This document shows positions 11,459-24,640 of a stretch of DNA of 64,000 bases, one piece after another. Source of the DNA: Octopus sinensis. Its lineage: Eukaryota. The notes beneath the pieces are model-generated. The model made no database searches and was not told the origin of the DNA. It was given only the letters and a program-made list of their open reading frames with translations. A program made the position numbers and the translations under genes. The DNA lies in contig NC_043006.1 in assembly GCF_006345805.1 (NCBI RefSeq), positions 61,256,001-61,320,000 of the forward strand, in the 5' to 3' direction. Each line of letters starts with the position of its first letter. The first letter of the stretch is position 1.

Positions 11459-13058
11459 TAGCTGGTCTTTATTTCAGTTTTATTATTATAATCGTATTTT
11501 TCTTTTCCGAAGCTCTTAGGTCACACATCATGTTTCCTCTTCAGCAACTCATTATCCCACATGTCTCCACTTGATCTGCTTATTCCATTTCTGGAATTCA
11601 AAGAACAACGACTAGCTCTGCTGTTAGACAACTAGGAGCCTCTCCCAAATTACTGTAGTTCATAATTTTAAGCTAATCACAGAATTCTCCACTTGGAGCC
11701 CAGTAAACGCATAAGTAAAATTATGTAAACAGAAGCAATAACAATAACTATGATGTTAGCGGGATATCTGGATTTTGATTTCGAAATCACACTGACTGAT
11801 AGAAGACTGGACTTTAATGAGAATAATACTGTCATGAATATATTTTGAAGCTGAATACTGTCCAATACTTCTTTATCATATCCTGATTATGTACTCTCTA
11901 TGCTGTATGAAGTCAACTGAAAAGAATGAAAAATTTACCTATCTGGTGAAGTGCCGTTGAATTATTTATTTTGAACAATTTTGAATTGTTAGCTAGATCT
12001 GGATCATATCAGAGTGCTAGCATGTTAGGAGCCCGAATTCTAAATTTCTTTCCCTTTACGTTACACGCACGCACTCACACATACACACATAGAGATACAC
12101 ACAGACACACACATACACACACACACTTTAGCACGCGCGCCTGCACACACACAAACACAAGTTCCATAATTGAAAATGAATTTAGCAAGTTTATTTGCTT
12201 TATAATAGTCATAATAATATCATTATTAACATTCATTCATAAGTTACATTACATGAAAGTAAATATATTATACATTGTCATATGTGACAGGAGGAAGAAA
12301 TGTGCAGTAATAGATTGAACAAGTATAGAAATACTTGAAACTAATCAATAATATATCGAGATACATGGAAGGAAGCAAGACGTATGATAAATATTACACA
12401 AATATTAAATATCAAAATAGGAAATGTCTTAGTAACGTCCACAAATATTACCATGCTAAACCTGTCCCCCTCAACAACACAAGGAACCACGAATTAGACT
12501 AGATGTGTACGGTATACCACATAAAGACACATCATAATAGATTCAAATGCTAGAAGTCATTATTATTGAAAGTCTACCTTGATATACAAAGCCTTTTAAT
12601 CCCAGCAACAACTGCTTCGTTATACAGCGCAGGTGATAGACACACATGGGGTACAATAAAAATCATGGGTAAGTTATTTTTAGAAACAGTTTAGAAATTT
12701 GACAATATTTTGGTTACAATATTGGTCTCACTATCACCTCCACTCTTAATCAACTGACCATCGGATTATCGAATGATGATCACTTGGGTAATATTTACCT
12801 CTGTGGATATCACAATTTTGAAGTCGCTCTAGAAAAATCTGAACACTACTCGTAGACGACCAGAAAGAAAACGATGTTGTGCATACAGATAACTGTGGTC
12901 TGGTACATTCGATTGCTAGAATGGCTAGAAATTTTGCATGGGCCTTAAGATTCAGACATTTATTGATCTCCGTTCAATGAATTAATTCTTATAATGGTCA
13001 TTTGCTGATATATATAGATAGATAGATACATGCATGCACACACACACACACACACGCA

Positions 13059-13128
<70 letters not shown>

Positions 13129-13309
13129 GTGCATGACGTATGCTTGTCCTCATGTAACAATGGGTATTGGTTAATTTACGTCCCCTTAACATAGCGTTTA
13201 TAGAGAAATTATGAAACTTAAAATAGTTATATTACTACTGGTGTCGTTTTTAATCAACTAAATGGAATTGCTGGAACAAGATTATATTCATACATACACA
13301 CGAATATAC

Positions 13310-13367
<58 letters not shown>

Positions 13368-14072
13368 ATAGATGTGTGGGCATATATGTGCTATATATAT
13401 ATTTATATATACATATAATATATTAATGATAATAATATGACAAGAAAATAATGAATAAAACCTCGATATGATGTAAATAAAGGAATTCATCTATATATAT
13501 AATATCTGACAATTAATTGGTTGCCATTATAAAATTCAGGGTGTCGGATATCAGTGCGGAAATCTGATCCGGCATCTCGTCAGTTATTAAGGCAAACAAA
13601 ACTGCTATGAAAACGACCGTTAAATAAAGGGAAATTACCCGAATATGGAGAAAGTAAAAATACTCGAAGGTAAACCCACGCTAATAGAATACGTGCTTGT
13701 GCGCATGTAAAAACATGCACATGCGCGCACGCACACCCGCGTGCATGTGCTTATATGCATGTGTTCACTCACACACGTGAAACACATGCACACCCACACA
13801 TCCATACATGCATCCATACACATGTAGTACACGTATACATACACGCATAAACCACACATACGTGCAAAATTATGTTCATAAACACATCTCTATACGCACA
13901 TACACAAATATGGAGGGTGAAAGGTAATGTACAGAAAAATATATAAAAATATATATATAAACACATGCATATAAGCACATGCACGCGGGTGTGCGTGCGC
14001 GCATATTTTACTGTGAAATTAGATTTAATCCTAAATCTAATTTTTCCCTGTAAGTTTGAATTTATTCCCTAA

Positions 14073-14113
14073 TATTATTATTATTATTATTATCATTATT
14101 ATTATCATTATTA

Positions 14114-14184
<71 letters not shown>

Positions 14185-14200
14185 ATTATTATTATTATTA
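14073..14200. repeat. (ATT)n microsatellite
   Basis: Long ATT/ATC trinucleotide run; source of the poly-Ile ORF 14037..14243. Confidence 0.95.
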
Positions 14201-16399
14201 TATATATATAGATAGATAGAAAGATAGATTTAGATATATACATATACGCATATATATGCGCGTGTGTATGGGTTCTTGAAATCTATTCTCTGTGCTGTGT
14301 ATCTGTATCGATCAAACTATTAATTATTATTATCTTTCTTCCTATAATACAAACTGAAGAAATATTTTTGCAATATATAGTGAAACTTTCTATCGTAATT
14401 GGAAATTCTATATCTGTACATCTGCCATTCTCTTAAAGCATTAACGTATCGAGAAAAGGATTATGCGTCAAAACGATCGAATCTGTATGATATTTACCCT
14501 TTAAAAGTTCGACCCAATAAATTTTCTGTTTAAGATTTCTTTCACAGACATCTTTGTATTCAGTTTTCTTTTGCTCATTTTCAATGCATTCTTTTAATCT
14601 TATTTTGTTTCACGTATACATTCTATATTATCTATCAATAGAAGGGCGATCAATAGTCAAATCGGTAACATTTATATATATTTTTTCTTGTTTATATTTT
14701 CTTGGTTTTCCTCACCGCAGGATTTTAGGTAACCACCATTCTACATAATATGTCACGAATTATTCTAGATTATCATCCGTTTAGCAGATGCAGAAATTGC
14801 TTTCAACATTACTTTTTATGCTTTTCTGTTTTCTTTCGATATTTTTGTTATCATTAATTCATTCCATTATATTATGTATTATTGTTTTCTCCTTTCACAT
14901 GTCCACATCAATAATATATTCTATTTTCACATCCGTTCTTTTGCTTATATCAAGTCAAGTTACTGGAAATATAATATAAATAACAAAATGAATGTTTCCA
15001 TCAATAATATAAAGACCCTAAGCATTGACGTTTTCCTTTATTGGAGTAACTTCTATTATATCCAGTATACTTCAGAGCATTGTATGTCTCAGCAGAGTAT
15101 ATTTATTCATGGTATATCGTATTTTGTTTTATAACAGTCGCCATCTTGCATAGTGGAATCTAAAGGCTGTCACGGTGAAATTTGCTCTGAAACATTTTTT
15201 CTTTGCTGGCTAATATATATACGAATATTATATCATTGGTGTTTCTATTTTAGTATTCCCTAACTGACAATGAATTGGAAATTGGATTTAAACGTAATAT
15301 GATCTCGCTACTGCCGCATTCCATGTAACATCTATATATTGAATAAAGGTGTACATTGGCGGTTTTTGTTGTATTGCTTGTTTTTGTTTAGCTCCGCATG
15401 GATTCTGATCAATGTGACTATAATGCTATACTTTCGGGCTGTGGCCACTTTCCTTGACTTTGTTCTTCAGAGTAAATCCCTATTTTGTGTGGTTAGATAC
15501 ATTTTTGTAATAGTTAAGCTCTGGGATAAAGCCAATTCGGTTCCTGTATGTAAACTGTCGATCAACCATTTCCTGGTTCATAGGTACTTATTGTCACAAA
15601 GCGGTTAATATTTACTTGCTCATTCTTTGAATTTTGCAAAGAAATATCAATTATCAGACTGTGTAAAAACAAACCTGGAAATGACACTAATTTATTGCTC
15701 GGAATGCGATAGAAAAATATATCTCTTCTTCAACTCAGTAGCAAAAAAAAAAGACGCAGAGAGCATAGAAATTACGGTGCACATATGACTATTAATAAGG
15801 TATCAAGTATCTGTACCATTGAAAACGACTCATTTCTAACAAATACCCCGTAATACAAAATTATCCACAGTATATCATTTGATTAGTAATATTAAATAGC
15901 AATATTATATCATTTGATTAGTAATTTTAAGTATCAATAGTATATAATTTGATTAGTAATTTTCAGCGCCTTTCCACAGATATTAGTAAACATCTATAAT
16001 CGCCAGTGATGTCTAAGTTAAGTATTTACTTTATTTTTATTTTTATTTACCAATTCAACCTTCGTGAAAATAATGTTGCTGAAATACCCATAGAATAATC
16101 TTGTTGAAAGTATATCAATCATGTATGTGTTGCTTACGTCAATATATAACCTCAAAACAATTATATATGAATTAGCCATAACTTACGAGTGATGGCAAAC
16201 TGTGATATATTCTTACTTCAATGGTTAATAAGGCTAAAATCCGTGTACGATGCTTTAATATACTTGATGTTTAATGTATTATTTAAAAATAAAACGACCA
16301 AAGAGAATAACAACACAAAATGTAAGCACTAATTAGAGAACAACAAAATGTACTATAGAAGCACTGTTGGTAAAATGTGATGGGTGATGTTGAGATGAT

Positions 16400-19300
16400 G
16401 GTTTGTACGAAGCAGTAAAGGAAATTTTATCAATTACATTGCTCAATATAAACAAAATATGAGACTAGATTTACCAAACGAAAGAACACTTGTAAGCGAT
16501 AGTGGCATTTCAGTCATCCAATATAGAATATATAGAGTAGGAAAAACACGGCTCTGTTGTCTGAGAATAATACCAATCTATTTTGAATGTTATGAAACAT
16601 GAAGCTGACAAGTGTATATGACAAATATATTTCTTTAGAAAAATTAGTACGGGGATGGACGTTCATGGCATTGAGTAAAAGAAAATACAGGAGGATCAGT
16701 TACTTATGATTTTCAACATATTCCACTCTGATATGATTCACGCACTTATTGTAGCAGTCCTCCATATTTTCTAAACCCCGAAAAAGAACTCAGAATGTGG
16801 ACCTCCAACGAGACCTATCACGACACCCTTAAATCCAGGAATTTTTCATCCCCCCATCGTAATGAATGTGACATTAGACTTGACACACATAGGTGATCTG
16901 TGATGTAACAGTTTATAGTTTGCATTTTCACGTTCAAACAGGAAAGAATCCACAGATAATTACTGCTTCGTCAATCGTTCCAGAATAGCTCGATGGACCT
17001 GATGTTGACTCGTCAATAAATATGAATAATGTCTCAACAATAATTCATTTGTGTGAAGGAGGCAGATTAACCATCCGAAGTATTCACATGTAGAATGTCG
17101 TTTCATGCACAGTAATCTGAATGAGCACGTGAAAAAACTCTCCTGGTAACAGTATACAACTGAAGTGAAACTGTCACATGAGTTTAGAGTGGGTAGCATC
17201 AGAGCAGAGAAAGGATTGCGGCTGCATAAGAACAAACAACAGAACGACAAGTATGGGGAAATTTTAACCACATTACGCCAAGCGAGTGTTATCCTCGAGT
17301 TTTTCTTCGAATCCTCTGACTGATAATCAGTGATACCATCTTTAGAGTGGCGGGCGCCCGAAATACAAAAGCAAGAGAGGAATATCAACAATCTAATAAA
17401 TATATCAATATTTCTTACACAGAAACTGTTGTGCAAACTCCTAAAAGTACAAATCAGTGTAGAGCACTGCAACTCCGACAGAACATGAGACGTAGTATAC
17501 TTACTATGTTTATTGACATGAAGCGTAATGATTGCAAACAATGTCAGGTAGGGAGTCACATTTCCAGCAATGAATCAATTTGGAAAATTTTAAAATTTCT
17601 CATCGATCAACGCTACCGAACACCGGTCAATTAAACTGTCCCTCTGGTTTATACTGGCTGAGTAGATACATTACTTTAATCATAGCTCGTTAATCTCATA
17701 GCGCTACCATCCTCTATATCTGCTTCAATTGAATGAATCATTCAGCAGAAGAACGAACGAGTCAATGTAAACTATTGTGCATAATATAATTGGCTATGTC
17801 AACAACACACAATTTTTTGCTTTCAGTTACTTCTCCACAATAGACAAGGGGCTGCTTCATTTGGGGATCTTGCGTCTTTGCGGGAACAAATAAACAACCT
17901 ATTAAGGGGGGTCTATTGTTTAGATACCTACGTGACAAAGTACATTGGTAACAAATTTTATAAGAAACAGAGTCCCTGACACAGTACCTTACATAAGAGA
18001 AGTTACTAACATTATCCTCGTCATATGTAGAAGTAACATACTATCAAGACCCTGCTATATAATGACAAAAAATATCAGGCAATCTATTCAAAGCAAAATG
18101 AAAAATGAAAATGTGTATGTGAGATTTATTCAAACCCTCTAAATTAAAACTCTCGACCACATATGCTGTTCCGTTGTGGTACTGACGAGCAGATTAACAA
18201 AATGGGGAATGAACGAGCAAGAGAAAGAAATGGAAGAAGCTTACGTCTTTTAGGTAGCCACTTGCGAGCTTTACGATTTGAAACAGTTTGAGGATGAAAT
18301 AAAATCATGATTGTTTGAAGCCTAGTACAATACTTATTACAGTATCACAGAAAGCATAGGAAATGCCATAGGCAACACAGTGTTATGAGCCTGCTGCTAC
18401 CAAAACATTTACAGAACAGCATTTTCATAAAATTGTTTTGTCAGTTTTCATGGTTATACAACCACACGCTTCATGATTGAGGTCCTTATTCACATTATAT
18501 GGTGCAAACTACACATGTGCAGCATGAAGAGCTGACAGAGCAATTGTGAATTTTGGATCCTATCTCAAGAGCCACAGAAATTTATGAAGTTTGTGTGGCA
18601 CGAAGTTACAATAAGTTTCAAACAAACAGCGGAAATCTTGGAACTGACAATCAGAGGCAGTATGCACATGATATGAAGGGTTACTGGTAATTTCAGACAA
18701 ACGCAGTGTAGAGTTTTTTCAGAGATCGGATCGGATTCAATAAATATTTATCGAAAAACCTCTTAGTTATCTTTGTCCTCACCTTCAATACCACGCGTAT
18801 ACAACAATGTTTGAGTGCTAATATAGCTGTTGTTATGTTCCATATCCAGGTACTAAAACTTGAGAAAGCGCTGATCACAACCAAATTCAAATGCTGTTCA
18901 GAGATATCATTGTGTCGTAAAAGAAACAAATTACTAAAGTTCCCAAAGTGTTCACATCGCATAATCTGATACGAAATCTTAGCATCAAAGGCGTGGCAGT
19001 GAAAGAAATTAAGGCAAGGTCACTGGACATATTCCCTGAGGAACATACTGCACACCAAGAGATAATCACTTTTCTATGCGTAGCTGGAGAATGCCAAATC
19101 GAATTTTCTAAGAGGAGTTACCGGTAGGAAGCCATCCACACAATCTAATGAATAAGCTTGAAACCCCAATTTTGCTACGTTGTAAATTCTATCCTCCAAA
19201 CTTTTCCAAAGCTACCAAAGTCTCCATAGAACATTCATACCTCATGTTGTGTAGATCGGGCTTATGCCAAGTAAATTCCTGTTGGGCGTTATTTTCATTC

Positions 19301-19520
19301 CTAAAAGTATCACTGAAGGCATTGATATCCGAAGTGAAATTCAGATTCCTATTTCCACAAAATTTGTGAGTCATCAACAATTCTAAAGAGTATGAATGCA
19401 TATACTAACTGTTCTTTGGAGATCCTCCATTTTAGAACATGTCTAATTACAGGTCATTACTTCAGATATTATGATCTCCAGTATTCTCTTCCTTATAGTA
19501 GCAAAGAGCTAAGCCAAGCA
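16400..19520 (+). mobile_element. Fossil autonomous Helitron (Rep-PIF1 helicase pseudogene)
   Basis: Collinear degenerate motifs on the plus strand: HISSNESIWKILKFLIDQRY (about 17560), FCFQLLLHNRQGAASFGDL (about 17820), FVWHEVT..K...E.L..TIR (about 18590), VTGNFRQ (about 18680, cf. GDFRQ), LPVGSHPHNL..K...PILLR...PP (about 19120), IFIPK (about 19290). Boundaries are approximate. Confidence 0.7.
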
Positions 19521-20879
19521 TATTCATTCCGAAAATTTGAAATGAACAAAACAGTGAACAAATTAGCAATAAATTTTCAACGTTACCAAGTAACTTAGAT
19601 TGACATTTTTTTATATGAATGTGCATGTATGTGTGCATTTATGTATATATATGTGTGTGTGTGTATACATGCATTATTAAAGTCCGATTATTTCTATGTC
19701 CCCGAGCATGATACAGCCTTAAGACATTTATTGGATGGCCGTTGACTCTCAAGAGTTCCTTCGCCCTTTGACGGGCTTTGTTTTTCATCCCGCACGGTTT
19801 CCAATAAACACCCTTCTCACCAAGCAAGCTTGGTGGGGTTGCCAGTTTAGTCGCCGACGACCCGACCATGCAACAGGTTGTACTGGGTTACATGTTACCA
19901 GTAGCACTCGGAAGTGACCTGACAGATATGTGTTAAAGTAGGCATGTGTGTATCTACATATATATATCCATCTGGCCATTCATGCATTCATCGATATATA
20001 TATCGAGAGAAAGACAATACACAGAAGACAGAAAATTTCGAGGGAAAATAATGAGTATCTCAAAGTAATATATATTTGTTATCAAATATCCGATATTTTG
20101 GAATGCGTTATCTGAAATCCCATTAAAACAACAACATAACCCTGAAGGAAAGAAGTGTATATGCATGCCTTCATTATTTCTCTCTTTCCCCATCTATTTG
20201 TCTATGTATAGGCGCAGGGGTGGCTGTGGGGTAAGTAGCATGCTTCCCATGAGTCTCTATTGTCACTGTGCACATGTGTCATTGTGTTGTGCACTGAAGA
20301 AGATAGCCGGCAGTGTTTAACGTGCCAAAAGAAGCTGCTGCAAGGTAAAACTTTTCTCTTCGACTAAGTGAGGGTTGTTTTATGTTTTACAAGCAGCGTA
20401 TCCTCACTGGATTCAGGATGTTGGTCTACTTGCGGTTCAGAAACATGGTCCATAGTAAATGAAATTTTTTTTCTCATTGTCTGGTGGGCGTAACCTTCAA
20501 ACCAAAATTTGTTCAATTTTTAACAGTGTGATTTTACAACATCATTTACCTTTAAATTGGAAAACTGTATTTCAAGTGTTCACATGAAGTGAAAATCTTT
20601 TCCCATTGTGAGAAATATATTTTGGTGACTATCCTGCCAGAAAACGTCGTTCGCTGTTTGTAAATAGTGTGTATGTTATAACTAAGTTGGAAAGCTGTAT
20701 TCAAGTGGAGCAGTCCAGGTTCTAATTGGAGTACCAAAAGGTCTTGGAGTGCATGAATGCGCAGGTGATTTTTCGGCTGTGTTCTTTTTAATTATTGTTT
20801 TCTTCTTCTATTGTGACTTTTTATTGAATTGTTTGCTTTTTTTCTTTCTCCCGTTTTGTTTTCTTTTGAATTCTCTCAT

Positions 20880-21450
20880 TCCTTTTTTGTGAACTTTTAT
20901 TTTGGACATGGCAACAAAAATACGGATAAGATTGTAGAGTGGGAGATTGTCCCACCTAAGCAGTAGCTCAGGCAGCAAGAGGAGAGGACGGTGATGTTGA
21001 GAACGTATTCGAAGGTTCTCGTCACTATAGCCGTCTTCTCGAAGCAGATGATTGAGCAGGAGTTGGTAGAACATCTGCCAAACATTAATCTCTAGGGGAG
21101 TGAAACATGCAACGGTGTGGTCACTGTTTGGCACCCCAGAGGAGGCTCGCAGTTTTGCCAGCTAGCCCGTTGAGGGTAAAGACATTTTGTTTCTTCCCAC
21201 TTTTGTGGGAAAAAAATTGACGAGGGCCTGGGTCTGTTGTTTGCCACACGGAATTGAATACCAGTGGATAGAGGATACTATCCGTCGGGGTCTAAGAGGC
21301 AGTGGAGCCAGGCTCCTCAATGTAAAAATTCTTCCTGTGGTTGATTGGGTTGATGTCGTTATAAATGAGGTGTGTAGTGTCTGTCGAGTAGTCGATCATA
21401 GAGAGATAGTCGTGTTATACATGTCTAACTATGCTGCTATAACGGAGTTG
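20880..21450 (-). mobile_element. Degenerate Penelope-like GIY-YIG endonuclease fragment
   Basis: Minus-strand remnants WYSIPCGK and HLLREDGYSDENLRIRSQH..PLLLL resemble the N- and C-terminal parts of PLE GIY-YIG domains. Weak. Confidence 0.35.
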
Positions 21451-21481
21451 CCGTTATAAGATTTCGACGGAGGATTACATC

Positions 21482-21540
<59 letters not shown>

Positions 21541-21554
21541 TTACTCTTTTTATA

Positions 21555-22145
21555 TATATTTACTCTCTAACTTGTTTCAGTCATTTGACTGACTGTGGCC
21601 ATGTTGGAGCGCCGCATTTTAGTCGAGCAAATCGACCCCAGAACTTATTCATTGTAAGCCTAGTACTTATTCTATCGATCTCTTTAGCCGAACCATTAAG
21701 TTATGGGGACGTAAACACACCAGCATCGGTTGTCAAGCGATGTTGGGGGGACAAACACAGACACACAAGCATATGTAACCGTGTATGTACCGTTGGCGAT
21801 TTTTCCCTCTGTCTTCCCTTCTCTGGATCTTTCCTTCTCCTATGTTTCCGACGAAGAGCTCCGCTCGAAACGTTAAACCCTCCTTCTTTCCTTCTTCCCT
21901 GAGCATCCAATAATACTATATTTGTTCCACGTCCTCGCGTTATTGTGCTTTTTTGTGCTTTCTTGTTTGGATTAACTTTATATGTACGACGGACTTCTTT
22001 CAGTTTCCGTCTACCAAATCCACTCACAAGGCTTTGGTCGGCCCGAGGCTACAGTAGAACACTTGCCCAAGGTGCCCCGCAGTGCGACTGAACCCGGAAC
22101 CATGTAGTTGGTAAACAAGCTACTTACCATAAAGCCACTCCTACA

Positions 22146-22148
<3 letters not shown>
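21555..22148 (-). mobile_element. tRNA-derived SINE (third family) interrupted by an insertion
   Basis: Minus-strand head (gagtggct...ggtaagtagcttg...ggttccgggttcagtc) at about 22090-22148 and 3' end (...gactgaaacaagttagagagta) at about 21565. Related fragments at 20212, 24100-24640, 41244-41550 and 41995-42200. Confidence 0.8.
21778..21979 (+). mobile_element. 202-bp pseudo-LTR-like insertion carrying a minimal hammerhead motif
   Basis: Flanked by atatgta direct repeats (21771-21777, 21980-21986). Motif gttt-CCGACGA-a-gagc-tcc-gctc-GAAA-cg-T-T-aaac at 21844-21878. Confidence 0.75.
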
Positions 22149-22179
<31 letters not shown>

Positions 22180-22837
22180 CATATGCATATGCACAAATAC
22201 ACACACACATACGTACACACAAAACTCTCACACATATATAGGTATCGATGCATATATGTATGTATATAAAATAGAAATGCATGTATATCTGAAAATATGT
22301 ATAAGTGTATGTGTGCGAGTGTGTATATATATATATATACGAATATTAGTATATCAGCGGGTGGGTATGTATGGGAATATTCGCACTAAAAATTGGGAAC
22401 AACTAGAGCTTAAGTGCCATTTCAGCACACATATATGCTGTGTGTATGTCCTATATTGTGAAAGCGTGAGAGCTTAAGAGAAACAAATTGGCGAAACATA
22501 TTTCAATCAAAGGAAAACATTTCAAGCATATATTGCAGTAGACATTTGTAGTCATTAACTTGAATTATATATTTGTATCAACATAATTTTATATGCTAAT
22601 GCTGTTTAAATTCGTCACTTAAACTAACTTATTTGTAATTACATTTTAATATCCTTCTGCAGATCATTCTGCTTATAAATTTGTATGATACAATCGGTTA
22701 CTAAAGGCTTAAGAATTAAGATGTACACTTAAACGAGTATTACACCGTGTGTACACATCTCCCATTTTCTAGAGTACATAAGGAGAAATAAAATACCTCG
22801 GTTTAACTAAAGTTTAATGACACTCGAAAGTGGAATA

Positions 22838-22913
<76 letters not shown>

Positions 22914-24099
22914 GCAGAAGTATACCTAAATACATTTATAATTGTTTGTGAATTTATATGTATGGGAGCAAGTGTGTCTCTTTATACGCATAAATATATA
23001 CATACATTTATTGAAACACATGCTCATACACACACAAATATATACATCCACACGTGCGCACGCAGAAGCATATGTATCTATACAGAGGGAGACGCCGAGG
23101 GAAAAGAAAAATCTTCTTATGGAGTAAGAGAGAAAGAGAGAAAGCGCTACATATGTAAGCAAACAGTCACATTATGTGTGATTACTCCTATTTAAAACTG
23201 TGCTCAAACATGCATTTATAGGATTCTTTTTTTATATCAGGTAGACATCTGACACAGAAGTATTTCTGTATATAATTCTTATTTAATTAGCGAAGTAATT
23301 AAATTCTCCTACAATATTTAGCAATCACTGACGCATTAACTACGCATTTAAAATATTTTACTTTGAGATGTATTTCAGGATAGATTAGGAGGTTGTGAAA
23401 CATATGCATGCGAAGTATTGCTCTAAGTGTGCAAACATAGCAATAGAGAATTCATTATTAATGGTTACGTCGGCAACCAACACATTTGCGACATGGGTTG
23501 AATGGTTTAACCGATTCTCAAAGTTTTATATCTGACTGCAACAATGACTGTAAGGAGAGTAAATGTAAGATAAACATAGAAAGCAGATTAATACATACGC
23601 AATTAAGTTGTTTACATTCATATTGCTTAAAGTATGTGGCACTTGAATAATATTTATTTTATAGATGCATGCACGTTATTTTTCACCACGTATGGAATTA
23701 TTTTCACTCACCAAAGATGCTTCCTTAAAAGAAATATTGACACAACTTTAATATTAATGCAGTAATGCTATCATTCCTCTTGGTCGCATTGTTGGTGCTA
23801 AGTTTTCCACCTGTTTATTGTATTTTAAACCATTCTCTCTATAATGTAAGTAAATTTTTATGTTAACGTATAACAGTAGACGCTTCTGTGAATCTAATAA
23901 CTTTCTAAAAGGAATTCTATATACATACATACACACATCTATCCATCCATCAATCCATGCTTACATACGATTATACATACGAATATGTATATATATGCAT
24001 ATGTATGTATATTTGTGTGCGTATATATATATGTATATGTGTGTGCGTATACATATGTATACATATATGTAGAAACTGAAAGAAGTCTGTCCTATATAT

Positions 24100-24640
24100 A
24101 TATATCTGTTTATGTGTGTATTTCTCTCTGCATTTGTTCGCCCCCACCATCGCTTAGAAACCGATGTAGGTGTATTTACTTCCCCGGTTCGGCAGAAGAT
24201 ATCGATAGAATGAGCACCAGACTTACAAAGAATAAGTCCAGGTTTCGATTTCTTCAACTAAAAGACGGTACTCTAACATGGCCACACTCAAATGACTGAA
24301 AGAATTAAGAAAGTAAAAGAGTAATATATATATATATATATATTATAGCCTCAGGCCGACCAAAGGCTTGTGATTAGATATCGTACACGGAAACTGAAAG
24401 AAGGCTGTTGTGTATATGTATACATTTGTGTGTGTTTGTGTGTCTGTATTTGTACACCTGCCATTGCTTGGCAACTGATGTTGTTGTGTTTACATTCCAA
24501 TAACTTAGTGGTTCGGCAAAAGTCTCTGATAGAAAAAGTACTAAGCTTACAAAGAATAAATCCTGTGGGCAATTTGTGCGACCAACTGTGGTGCGACCGC
24601 ATGGCCGTAGTCACATAACTGAAACAAGTAAAACAATAAA
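24100..24640 (+). mobile_element. Two adjacent fragments of the third SINE family
   Basis: catcgcttagaaaccgatg...actgaaagaattaag (24100-24310) and gcctcaggccgaccaaagg...actgaaacaagtaaaac (24345-24635) match the SINE at 21555-22148 in the opposite orientation. Confidence 0.7.

Noticed and set aside
11470-11935. Possible minus-strand terminal exon (ttttcag acceptor at about 11918, AATAAA near 11470) and hydrophobic ORF 11677..11865
   Set aside because: Stops occur early in all frames, there is no recognisable homology and no supported upstream exons.
13540-13600. Minus-strand CTGACGA with downstream GACA
   Set aside because: GAAA is mutated and there is no convincing stem III or stem I.
15871-15965. 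Three 35-bp units with a conserved ~20-bp part and variable remainder (CRISPR-like look)
   Set aside because: Eukaryotic context, only three units, related 'spacers' and no cas genes: an ordinary minisatellite.
20290-20330. CTGAAGA followed by a GC-rich stretch
   Set aside because: No GAAA box.
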